From positions 79,281 through 143,280 of the forward strand of contig JAPLKG010000014.1 in NCBI GenBank assembly GCA_026388185.1: 64,000 nt of DNA. The letters are read 5' to 3'. Position numbers and translations under genes: made by a program. The notes under the pieces were generated by a model. It saw only the letters and a list, made by a program, of their open reading frames with translations, made no database searches and was not told the DNA's origin. Positions 17,101 through 26,264 of the stretch are shown one piece after another. Source of the DNA: Candidatus Eiseniibacteriota bacterium (lineage in GTDB: Bacteria > Eisenbacteria > RBG-16-71-46 > JAFGJU01). Positions within the stretch are counted from its first letter, which is position 1. Every line of letters starts with the position of its first letter.

Positions 17101-18573
17101 GTGTACCATAAGACCGACACTTCCCACTTCCACGGACGCGACTTGGACAAGACGATGTTCGCGGACTTTGAAGCCGCCCTGGCTCACATTCGCGACAACG
17201 AGATCAAGATGATAGACCTCAAGTTCACCGATTTGGCGGGACGCTGGCATCACGTGACTTTGCCGACCAGTCAATTCGGGGAGAACTTGATGCGCGACGG
17301 TGTCGCGTTCGACGCCTCCGCCATCGGATTGCGTCCGGTAAAGGCCGGAGACATGGTGCTGATACCGGACATCTCGACGGCGTTTCGCGATCCGTTCTGG
17401 GACGTGCCTACCCTGAGTTTCATCTGCTCCGCCTACGAGGCCGACACGAAGCTGCCCTTCGGGCGGGATCCCCGCAACATCGCGACACGCGCCGAGGCTT
17501 ACATGCGTGAACTTGGCGTCGCGGACGAGAGCCGATGGGGCCCGGAGTACGAGTTCTATGTGTTCGACAGCGTCTCTTTCGAGAACGAAGTGAACGCCGC
17601 GTCGTATCGCTTGGAAAGTAGTGAGGCCGACTGGCAAAGCTCACGAGGCGGCCACGGCCATCTCATTCCACGCCACGGTGGCTATCACGCAATTCCGCCG
17701 AAGGATCAATTGTTCAACCTGCGCAGCGAAATGGTGATGGTTCTGGAATCGATGAACATCGAGGTGAAGTATCATCACCACGAAGTCGGCGGGCCCGGCC
17801 AGTGCGAGATAGAAACCCCGATGATGGCGATGGTGCACAGCGGCGACGCCACACAAATCGTCAAATACGTCACCAAAATGACGGCCGGGCGCAACCAGAA
17901 GACGGTGACATTCATGCCCAAACCGCTCTTCGGAGAGGCGGGCAACGGCATGCATTTCCACCAGCAATTATTGAAGGACAATCTGAACTTGTTCTACGAT
18001 TCGCGCGGCTACGGCAAACTGAGCAACATCGCGTTGTTGTACATCGGCGGCCTATTGACACACGGCCCGGCACTGTTGGCGTTCACGAATCCGTCCACCA
18101 ACTCTTATCGACGCTTGGTGCCCGGCTACGAAGCGCCGGTAAACGCGTTCTTCAGCCTGGGCAATCGCAGCGCCGCAATCCGTGTGCCGAAGTACGCCGA
18201 TCAGCCGGACAGTGCGCGCTTCGAATTCCGCCCGCCCGACGCGACGTGCAACGTCTACCTGGCGCTGGCGGCCCAACTCATGGCCGGCATCGACGGCATT
18301 CGACGCAAGATCGACCCGCGAGAGGCAGGGTTCGGGCCGATAGATCAGAACATCTTCGCCTGGAGCGAAGAGCAGCGGAAATCAATCAAGCCGTTGCCGG
18401 GGTCTCTCAGAGAAGCGCTGGACGCGCTTGAGCGAGATCACGATTTCCTCTTGCAGGGCGAAGTGTTCGACCCGGGTCAGATAGCAGAGTGGATCCGGGT
18501 GAAACGCGAGGAATACTACGACGTACGCAACCGGCCGCACCCGTTCGAGGTGTCCGCGTATTTCGACGTCTGA
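17101..18573 (+). CDS. glnA: glutamine synthetase, type I
   Basis: GS-I signatures incl. NPSTNSYRRLVPGYEAPV, KPLFGEAGNGMHFH; GGAGGG RBS before GTG 17101 (ATG at 17155 alternative). Confidence 0.9.
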   Translation: MYHKTDTSHFHGRDLDKTMFADFEAALAHIRDNEIKMIDLKFTDLAGRWHHVTLPTSQFGENLMRDGVAFDASAIGLRPVKAGDMVLIPDISTAFRDPFWDVPTLSFICSAYEADTKLPFGRDPRNIATRAEAYMRELGVADESRWGPEYEFYVFDSVSFENEVNAASYRLESSEADWQSSRGGHGHLIPRHGGYHAIPPKDQLFNLRSEMVMVLESMNIEVKYHHHEVGGPGQCEIETPMMAMVHSGDATQIVKYVTKMTAGRNQKTVTFMPKPLFGEAGNGMHFHQQLLKDNLNLFYDSRGYGKLSNIALLYIGGLLTHGPALLAFTNPSTNSYRRLVPGYEAPVNAFFSLGNRSAAIRVPKYADQPDSARFEFRPPDATCNVYLALAAQLMAGIDGIRRKIDPREAGFGPIDQNIFAWSEEQRKSIKPLPGSLREALDALERDHDFLLQGEVFDPGQIAEWIRVKREEYYDVRNRPHPFEVSAYFDV

Positions 18574-18633
18574 GCGCGACCCTGACGGCGCCGCACGCTT
18601 GGTTCGCGTCGCTGCAACAGAAGGAAGAAACAG

Positions 18634-19266
18634 GTGGGTTTCACAGAGACAATCATACAGTGGGTCACACATCTGATTGACGTCTTGGGTTATCCCGGCG
18701 TGGCGTTTCTCATGATGCTGGAAAGCATGGTGGCGCCGGTTCCAAGCGAAGCCGTGATGCCTTTTGCCGGGTGCTTGATTACGGTAGGCCGGTTTAGTTT
18801 TCTGTGGGTGGCGATATCGAGCACGACGGGAAGCATAGTCGGCTCCTTGATATCGTACGCGGTCGGTTACTACGGCGGCAAACCCTTCGTGATCAGATTC
18901 GGCAGGTACGTTCTTCTCAATCTTCACGATCTCGAAGCGACGGAGCGGTTCTTTCATCGACACGGCACGATAACTATTCTTATCGGTAGATTCATCCCCG
19001 TGATCCGCCACCTCATTTCCATACCGGCAGGAGCCGGAAGGATGAATCTCCTTCACTTCTCCCTCTACACAATAATCGGCGCGTGCGCGTGGAATACGTT
19101 CCTTGCCTGGCTTGGATATCACCTCGGAAGGCACTGGGAAGTGGTTCACAAATACAGCGGGCCGATTGACGCGGTCGTGCTTGTGCTCATCGCCTCCGGA
19201 TTGATCTACTTCGTCAGGGCCCACTTGAAGAGGGCGAGCGCGTATCCGTCAGGCCGACAGCCGTGA
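18634..19266 (+). CDS. DedA/TVP38 family membrane protein
   Basis: GYPGVAFLMMLESMVAPVPSEAVMPFAG motif region characteristic of DedA. Confidence 0.8.
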   Translation: MGFTETIIQWVTHLIDVLGYPGVAFLMMLESMVAPVPSEAVMPFAGCLITVGRFSFLWVAISSTTGSIVGSLISYAVGYYGGKPFVIRFGRYVLLNLHDLEATERFFHRHGTITILIGRFIPVIRHLISIPAGAGRMNLLHFSLYTIIGACAWNTFLAWLGYHLGRHWEVVHKYSGPIDAVVLVLIASGLIYFVRAHLKRASAYPSGRQP

Positions 19267-19329
19267 GGCAGGCGGCCGTGATGGATGCGGTATTGCCTGT
19301 ACCGTACACAATCTACCCCCTCTCTGCCC

Positions 19330-19358
19330 TTGAAGTGACGCCGTAACTGTGTTATAAT
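19330..19358 (+). promoter_or_regulatory. sigma70-type promoter TTGAAG-N17-TATAAT, about 300 nt upstream of metzincin gene
   Basis: ttgaag 19330-19335, tataat 19353-19358, 17-nt spacer; implies long 5' UTR. Confidence 0.45.
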
Positions 19359-19661
19359 CCCGCAAAAGCATTCTTTGTCAGTCAAGGCTGTATTTCCAAG
19401 AAGCAGGTGCCCGAAACGAGGAAGCCCTGCGCTGTTTCTTGCCTGCGTAGCCTTGTCGCAGGTTTCTCGCGCGCGTCGCCGCTGGAACCAACGCGTTTGG
19501 AGCCCACGCGTAGCGAGTGAGATGCCAGTCGACTGAAACCGGGGTGCCTCTGTAATGCCTGTCACGTTTCACCTCGCGACATCCCACCCGCACACTCGTT
19601 CCTCCGGCTTGCCGCCCTACCGAAGAAGCGTGAAGGACCTGCGTCCTGGGAGGATTCCGCC

Positions 19662-22502
19662 ATGATTAGTCGTGCCGGTCTTGCGCTCATACTAGGTTGC
19701 TTGGCGCTCCTGATGCTCGTGGGCCAGCCGGAAATCGATCCCGCAATGGCACTCCAGTGCCCACTCGACAGCTGCAACACGGGCTGCACCCTTACATATT
19801 GGGCCACCTCCGCGCCCGATCGCTGGTACGAAAGCCAGATGCCCATCAGCTACTACGTCAACGAGAACGGGGCCGCTGATTGCACGGGAGACGAGTTCGC
19901 CGCCGTCAAAAGGGCCACGACGAACTGGGAACAAGTGATCGGGAGTTACTGGACGACGTGCTACGGCGGCACGACGAGCAGGCATTCGAACGCGGACCAC
20001 GCTCAGCCCGCGCGTGACACGGTCAACGTCATCTCCTGGGAAGATTTGGGCGGCGGTTTGCCTCTTTCATTGGGCTATGGATATGTGTGGTACAGCACAA
20101 CCGGAGACTCGATTATCGAGGGCGATATTTCGCTCAACAACAATACCGCCGTCAAGTGGTCTGCGCTGAAGGCCGATTCGTGCATTCACGGAAGATTCGA
20201 CGTCGAAAACATCGCCACGCACGAGTTGGGTCACTGGATGTATCTCTACCACTCCTGTGATATCGGAGCCACGATGTACTGCTGGGGCGACTCCAACGAG
20301 ACTAAAAAGAGGAGCCCGAGCGACTGCGACATCATAGCCATGCAGTCCCAGTACCCGCAGAGCGCCGGTGTGCCCAGGCCTCAGCCCGGCTGTTGGCCGG
20401 TGGATATTGATGCGAACGTTGATTCGAATCCGGTGCTCGGTGACATCAACAGAGACGGAACAGACGAAATCGTCGTGGCGGGTGACGACGGCCGCGTGCA
20501 CGTTCTGACGGGAAGAGGCGAGGAGCTTTACGGCTGGCCAAAGCAGGCAGGCAACTGCATAGACGGCTCGCCGGCCCTCGGAGACATCGATAGCGACGGC
20601 TGGCTGGAGATCGTCGTCGGCTCCTACAGTGACAGCGTCTATGCATTCAGGCACGATGGTTCACTCGTGTCCAATTGGCCCCGTGGAACAAATTGGTACG
20701 TGAGAAGCACCCCGGCAATCGCCGATTTGGACAAGGATGGCGGCCTCGATGTCATCTGCGCGTCTACGGATTCGTGTGTCTACGCCTGGAGGGCGAACGG
20801 GAATCTTATTTCAGGCTGGCCCGTGAAACTTGGCGGAAACATGCAACTTGCGGGACCTGCCGTGGCCGACCTCGATGGAGACGACAGCCTCGAGGTTGTC
20901 ATTTCCGGCTACGACTACAAGGTGTACGCACTCAAACCTCACGGGGCCAACATGAGCCCATCCATGTGGCCGGTAAGCACGGGCCGCAAGGTGTACGACC
21001 GCGTGGCCATAGGGGACATCGACGCTGATAACCATTACGAGGTGGTCGCGACCTCGGCACACGATAGCGTGTACGCATGGAATCACGACGGGAGCAAGTG
21101 TTCCGGCTGGCCAGTTTACGTCCCGGTCTGGGTAGACTACTCTGCGCCCAGCCTTGGCGATATCGATGGGGATGGGGCACCAGAAATCGTGTTTGGTTCG
21201 GAGGGCGACTCGCTCTATGCCTTCAACGGCAACGGATCGAGGGTGACCGGGTGGCCCGGGTACGTGGATGGATACGTCAGAGGCTCTGCCGTCATCGTTG
21301 ATATTGACTCTGACAACGCCTACGAAGTCGTCGCGGTAACAGACAAAGGAAAAATATACGCTTTCAACGGCAACGGCACTACGGTCAACGGCTGGCCCAA
21401 GACTTATCCGGAGTCGGGGTACTACAGAACTCCTGCCATAGGAGAGACCAACGGAGACAACGAGCTCGACATGGTGGTCGGCAGCACCTATCCGGGCAAG
21501 CTCTACGCATTCAGCCTCGGTTCAGTCCCGGCCAACAACACGTACGAGTGGCGTATGTACGGCCACGACTGGAACCGTACTTCGCGCCATGGTTACGCGC
21601 CGAGCACGCCGATTCCCATAGTCTTCTCCGACATGTTCGCAGACCTCGACCATTGGGAACTGTTTGGGCACGGAGGTTCTCACGTGGGCCTCTCCTCTAT
21701 TTACTACAGTCCGCCTTACAGCATGGAGATGGTGGGAAGCCCCGCATCGGGCGACTTCGCGAGCGCCTACTCGGAATTCATCGACGTCGACTTCACGAAG
21801 CCGTACTCCATCAAGTTCTACTTCACTTATGACAATTTCAGCACGGCAAACTGGATCGTGTTCGGACATGCCCGGCTGCGCTTGCTGAGCCCGACCGCGC
21901 CCGTGTTAATGGACAGGGCCGGAGATTGGTCCGATCTTGCGTCCATCGGCCCGCCATTCTATTCGTATTGTGCCGCAGGGGCCTTTACGGAATTCGAGAT
22001 CGACGTAGATCCATCGACAAGAATAGTCATGCTCTTGGTCAACGGTGCGCCGCTCGGAACGGGCCAGTATCTGGAGACCCTGGTTCCAAGCAACCGGGCG
22101 TGGCTGGAAGACAGAGAGTATCCGGGCGAATACCTCACTGGTTGGTACGACGACTTCGAAGTGCGTGGATACCCACCGGTGGTCGGGGTTGGACCGGCGA
22201 CTCCGGTCACTCCGCCGCTCGTGAACGCGCTCTATCAAAGTTATCCAAACCCGATGAACCCGATGGCGACAGTCAAGTACTCCGTCAAGGAATCGGGTCG
22301 CATCACGCTGCGGATATATGACGTGGCAGGACGGGTCGTAAGGAGACTGCTCGACGAAGAGAAGCCGGCCTCTCCGACGTTGTATTCAGTCGTATGGGAT
22401 GGCACAGACGATTCGGGGCGGCGGGTGGCGAGTGGCGTATATTTTTGTGAGCTCGAGGCAAAGAACTTTATCTCGGCGAAGAAGATCGTGGTCTTACGGT
22501 AG
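19662..22502 (+). CDS. secreted metzincin-like zinc protease / FG-GAP repeat / T9SS C-terminal sorting domain protein
   Basis: Signal peptide; HELGHWMYLYHS (HExxHxxxxxHS) plus downstream ATMYCW Met-turn; at least 8 repeats of the GDI(D/N)xDGxxEIVV...YAF type; C-terminus YQSYPNPMNPMATVKYS...VASGVYFCELEAKNFISAKKIVVLR = T9SS sorting domain. Confidence 0.75.
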   Translation: MISRAGLALILGCLALLMLVGQPEIDPAMALQCPLDSCNTGCTLTYWATSAPDRWYESQMPISYYVNENGAADCTGDEFAAVKRATTNWEQVIGSYWTTCYGGTTSRHSNADHAQPARDTVNVISWEDLGGGLPLSLGYGYVWYSTTGDSIIEGDISLNNNTAVKWSALKADSCIHGRFDVENIATHELGHWMYLYHSCDIGATMYCWGDSNETKKRSPSDCDIIAMQSQYPQSAGVPRPQPGCWPVDIDANVDSNPVLGDINRDGTDEIVVAGDDGRVHVLTGRGEELYGWPKQAGNCIDGSPALGDIDSDGWLEIVVGSYSDSVYAFRHDGSLVSNWPRGTNWYVRSTPAIADLDKDGGLDVICASTDSCVYAWRANGNLISGWPVKLGGNMQLAGPAVADLDGDDSLEVVISGYDYKVYALKPHGANMSPSMWPVSTGRKVYDRVAIGDIDADNHYEVVATSAHDSVYAWNHDGSKCSGWPVYVPVWVDYSAPSLGDIDGDGAPEIVFGSEGDSLYAFNGNGSRVTGWPGYVDGYVRGSAVIVDIDSDNAYEVVAVTDKGKIYAFNGNGTTVNGWPKTYPESGYYRTPAIGETNGDNELDMVVGSTYPGKLYAFSLGSVPANNTYEWRMYGHDWNRTSRHGYAPSTPIPIVFSDMFADLDHWELFGHGGSHVGLSSIYYSPPYSMEMVGSPASGDFASAYSEFIDVDFTKPYSIKFYFTYDNFSTANWIVFGHARLRLLSPTAPVLMDRAGDWSDLASIGPPFYSYCAAGAFTEFEIDVDPSTRIVMLLVNGAPLGTGQYLETLVPSNRAWLEDREYPGEYLTGWYDDFEVRGYPPVVGVGPATPVTPPLVNALYQSYPNPMNPMATVKYSVKESGRITLRIYDVAGRVVRRLLDEEKPASPTLYSVVWDGTDDSGRRVASGVYFCELEAKNFISAKKIVVLR

Positions 22503-22591
22503 TATCGACCGCCCCCAGGAACCGGAGAATCGGGGCGTGCACAGTCGGACACCAAGGTCTGGGATACCAAGATCCAGGAGGTTGAAGGTCT

Positions 22592-23113
22592 ATGGAAGCA
22601 AGGACGTTTCGATCGTATGCGGTCGCCGCTATGTTTATTGCGGCGATCTTTGCTCTCGCCCTCGCGGCGCCCAAATCTGAGGCGCTCATGCAGAAGGCAA
22701 CGCTGGCACAGCTTGCAGAGGGCTCGACCGGCATTATTCAGGGCCAAGTCACAGACATCACGTCTCAATGGGACGCCGATGGGAAGACTATCTTCACTTA
22801 CGTGACAGTGACGGTCGATCAGTGGTTCAAGGGCACGGGTTCCCAAACGATAACGATACGTGTCCCGGGAGGAGAAGTGGACGGTGTCGGCCTGATGGTC
22901 GAGGACACTCCCGTATTCGCGAAGGGCCAGACGGTCGTCACTTTCGTCGAACCGAGCGAGGAACAGTCTGTGATGAAGGTCAAGGGGCTCTTCCAAGGAA
23001 AGTTCACAGTCGAGAACGGAAAGGTACGCGAGGCGGGTCTTCCGCTCGGCGATTTTGTGCAGAGAGTAAAGTCCATCGTAAAGGCGCAGGAAAAGAGAGC
23101 GCAGGAGAAATAG
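22592..23113 (+). CDS. small secreted hypothetical protein (beta-rich)
   Basis: Signal peptide MEARTFRSYAVAAMFIAAIFALALAAPKSEA; strong RBS AGGAGG; located between the two paralogous protease genes, 7 bp before the second. Confidence 0.4.
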   Translation: MEARTFRSYAVAAMFIAAIFALALAAPKSEALMQKATLAQLAEGSTGIIQGQVTDITSQWDADGKTIFTYVTVTVDQWFKGTGSQTITIRVPGGEVDGVGLMVEDTPVFAKGQTVVTFVEPSEEQSVMKVKGLFQGKFTVENGKVREAGLPLGDFVQRVKSIVKAQEKRAQEK

Positions 23114-23120
23114 GCCGGGG

Positions 23121-26100
23121 GTGATCACGATGAAGCTTAAGAACAACCTGAACAGGTCCAAGCCTGTGAAGAGATTCGCGCTTGCGAACGGGGCCGCGAG
23201 TGTAAACATACCGGTCCCTACGAACAAGTCCGCGCCCGTGTGCGGGTCTACGTCTGAGCGCAGATTCCTAGCTGAGTGCGCGTGCACCTGGCCGGGGCCG
23301 GCTTCGTCCCACGCGCCGGTACTCAGTAGATGCTTCGGTGTCTTACTTGCAGTCACCGGTCTCCTCGTTGTCGCTCTGCTCCTGAGCGTCTCCCCGACTG
23401 CTACGTTTGCCGCATGCCCCGAGGGCGATTGCGACCAAAGCTGCACGATTTGGAAGAATGCAGGCAGCTATGCCTACTGGTATCCTTACCTCCAAAGGTG
23501 GGCCGATAGCGACCTGCCTGTCACATACTACATCAACCAGAATGGGGCGTCCCTCTGCACGGGGAATGAGTTCAATGCCGTGCAGAGGGCGCTCACCAAT
23601 TGGGAAAACGTCCTGACGGCCTATTGGGCCGGGTGCTACGGTGGCGTCACGGACAAGGACTCCGGGGCCTACCCTGAACCCGTGCAAAAGGACGGATTCA
23701 ACGTCGTCTCGTGGGAAGACATGGGAAACGCCGCCCCGCTCACGTACGGCCTTGCGCACTGGTGGTGGGACGCGCAGAACTATAATTATGAATGTGACAT
23801 CACGTTCAACGACAACGCGGCAGTGCCCTGGTCTGCTTTGCGGGCTGATTCCTGCCTGCGTGGCAAATACGACCTCGAGAGCGTGGCTACGCACGAATTC
23901 GGCCACTGGATGAGCTTCGGGCATTCGTGCGACACAAAGGCCACCATGTACTGTTTTAGTGATTCCAACGAAACGCACAAACGCACTCTGAACGAATGTG
24001 ATGTGTCTGCCATGCACTGGCGATATCCCCAGAGCAGTGGCGCACCAAAACCGCAACCCGGTTGCTGGCCCGTGCTTTTTGACGATCATGTGAGCTCCAA
24101 TCCTGCGCTCGGAGACATTAACAGAGACGGTGTGGAGGAGGTCGTGTTCGCAACGTACGACAGTACGCTGCACGTTCTGGACGGCAGGGGGAAGGAGCTC
24201 GACCACTGGCCGCAGAAGGTCGGCGCAGAAATCAGCGGTTCTTCGCCGGCTCTCGGCGACGTGGATGGTGACGGGTGGCTAGAGATTGCTATAGGCGCGG
24301 ACAATGACAGCCTCTACGTGTTCAAGCATAATGGCGCGCGCGCCGCCAACTGGCCGCGAGCCGCGGGATCCGGAGTCAGTACGACGCCGAGCATCGCCGA
24401 TTTGAACAAAGACGGGTTCGTGGACATCGTCTGTGTGACGGACTCCGTCTACGCCTGGAGAGGTAGCGACGCCTCGAAGTTGACCGGTTGGCCGGTGTAC
24501 GCGGGGGGACTTGTCTCGCGGGCCGCGCCCGCTCTGGCGGATCTTAACGGCGACGACAGCCTTGAGGTCGTAGTCCCTGGAGGCAACCATAAGATCTATG
24601 CGTTCAAGCCTCATGGCGCAAGCCTCACAGGTTGGCCCGCTTCGCTTAGCCGCACGCCAGACGAAGCCGTTGCCATCGGAGACATCGACGGTGATGGCAG
24701 CTACGAAGTAGTATCAACTGCAAAGTACGACAGTGTGTACGCCTGGAATGCGAACGGAAGCCGGTGCGCGGGCTGGCCCGTCTACGTTACGGCGACTGTG
24801 GGCTACTCCGCGCCGAGCCTCGGTAATCTTGATGCTGACGCGGCTCTCGAGGTGGTCTTCGGGAGCGACAGCGACACTCTGTTCGCCTTCAACGGAGACG
24901 GGACGAAGCTGGCGGCCGGCTGGCCGGTACGCGTCGAGGGCAAGGTGCGCGGCTCCGCGGTCATCGCCGATGTTGACGGGGATAACGCCTACGAGGTCGT
25001 CGCCGCGACGGACCAGGGCAACATCTACGCCGTGAATGGCGACGGTACGTGGGTCTCGGGCTGGCCAGTACAGTTTGGCGCACTCGCCGACCGTGCGCCG
25101 GCCATAGGTGATATTGACGGTAACAACAAGCTCGACCTGGTGGTCGCCGACGCGGCGTCTCAGGAGATGTTTGCGTTCACCTTGGGCACGGTACCCACGG
25201 AAGCCAGGTACGAATGGCGCATGTACGCACATGACTGGAACCGCACTTCGTGTTACGGGTTCACACCCACGGCGCCGACCACGTGGTTGTTCTCGGATGC
25301 AATCGTGGACTTCGGTTACTGGGAACGCTTCGGAGCCGGTGGCGCCGGCATAGACCTCTCGACGTATTCGATGAGTTCGCCCTACAGCATGGGCGTGAGC
25401 GGCAGTTCGGCTCCTGGCGCATTCGCAAGTGCATATTCTGAGCTCATCAACGCTGATTTCTCCAGGCCGTACAGCGTTAAGTTCTGGTTTGCATATAGCG
25501 ACTTCTATGAAGCGAACTGGCTCGTATTCGGACACGCCCGCCTGCGGTTGATGAACCAGGACTCACCGGTCATGGTGGACATCGCCGGCGACTGGTCGAA
25601 CCTCGTCCCACTCGGCCCGCCGTTTGGTGCCCCCACCCCTCCATACGCGTACGCCGATTTCGAGATAAAGGTGGATCCGACAGTGCGGACGATTGAACTG
25701 TTGGTATTCGGCGCCTCCATGGGGGTAGTGCAGTATAATACGACGGTAGTTCCCAGTGACCGCATCTGGCTCGAGGACAGAGAGTACCCGGGTGCGTTTC
25801 TCACGGGATGGTATGACGACTTCGAGGTGCACGGATTCCTGCCGGTCGTGGCCGTGCAGCCAGAGACGCCTTCCACTCCACCGCTCGCGAATGTGCTTTA
25901 TCAGAGCTACCCCAACCCGATGAATCCGATGGCGACGATCAAATACTCCGTCAAGGAATCCGGCAAGGTCGTGATCAAGATTTATGATGTTACTGGAAGG
26001 GTCGTCAAGGGACTGGTGAACGAAGAAAAGCAGGCTTCGCCGACCGCCTATTCGATCCCGTGGAATGGCACAGACGATTCCGGGCACCGCGTGGCAAGCG

Positions 26101-26168
26101 GAGTGTACTTCTGCAGAATGGAGGCAAAGAACTTCATCTCGGCAAAGAAAATCGTGTTGTTGCGGTAG
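23121..26168 (+). CDS. paralogous secreted metzincin-like / FG-GAP / T9SS sorting domain protein (start uncertain)
   Basis: HEFGHWMSFGHS + ATMYCF; same repeat architecture; C-terminal about 95 aa roughly 80% identical to first paralog; N-terminal 70 aa before the hydrophobic signal segment may not be translated. Confidence 0.7.
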   Translation: MITMKLKNNLNRSKPVKRFALANGAASVNIPVPTNKSAPVCGSTSERRFLAECACTWPGPASSHAPVLSRCFGVLLAVTGLLVVALLLSVSPTATFAACPEGDCDQSCTIWKNAGSYAYWYPYLQRWADSDLPVTYYINQNGASLCTGNEFNAVQRALTNWENVLTAYWAGCYGGVTDKDSGAYPEPVQKDGFNVVSWEDMGNAAPLTYGLAHWWWDAQNYNYECDITFNDNAAVPWSALRADSCLRGKYDLESVATHEFGHWMSFGHSCDTKATMYCFSDSNETHKRTLNECDVSAMHWRYPQSSGAPKPQPGCWPVLFDDHVSSNPALGDINRDGVEEVVFATYDSTLHVLDGRGKELDHWPQKVGAEISGSSPALGDVDGDGWLEIAIGADNDSLYVFKHNGARAANWPRAAGSGVSTTPSIADLNKDGFVDIVCVTDSVYAWRGSDASKLTGWPVYAGGLVSRAAPALADLNGDDSLEVVVPGGNHKIYAFKPHGASLTGWPASLSRTPDEAVAIGDIDGDGSYEVVSTAKYDSVYAWNANGSRCAGWPVYVTATVGYSAPSLGNLDADAALEVVFGSDSDTLFAFNGDGTKLAAGWPVRVEGKVRGSAVIADVDGDNAYEVVAATDQGNIYAVNGDGTWVSGWPVQFGALADRAPAIGDIDGNNKLDLVVADAASQEMFAFTLGTVPTEARYEWRMYAHDWNRTSCYGFTPTAPTTWLFSDAIVDFGYWERFGAGGAGIDLSTYSMSSPYSMGVSGSSAPGAFASAYSELINADFSRPYSVKFWFAYSDFYEANWLVFGHARLRLMNQDSPVMVDIAGDWSNLVPLGPPFGAPTPPYAYADFEIKVDPTVRTIELLVFGASMGVVQYNTTVVPSDRIWLEDREYPGAFLTGWYDDFEVHGFLPVVAVQPETPSTPPLANVLYQSYPNPMNPMATIKYSVKESGKVVIKIYDVTGRVVKGLVNEEKQASPTAYSIPWNGTDDSGHRVASGVYFCRMEAKNFISAKKIVLLR

Positions 26169-26264
26169 ATCGTACTATACACTGGCAAACACGATCAGCG
26201 CAGGGGGGCAATACGGGCGGAGGTGCTTTTACAACCATACTACTATTGTTAGCGCGGAGGACTA

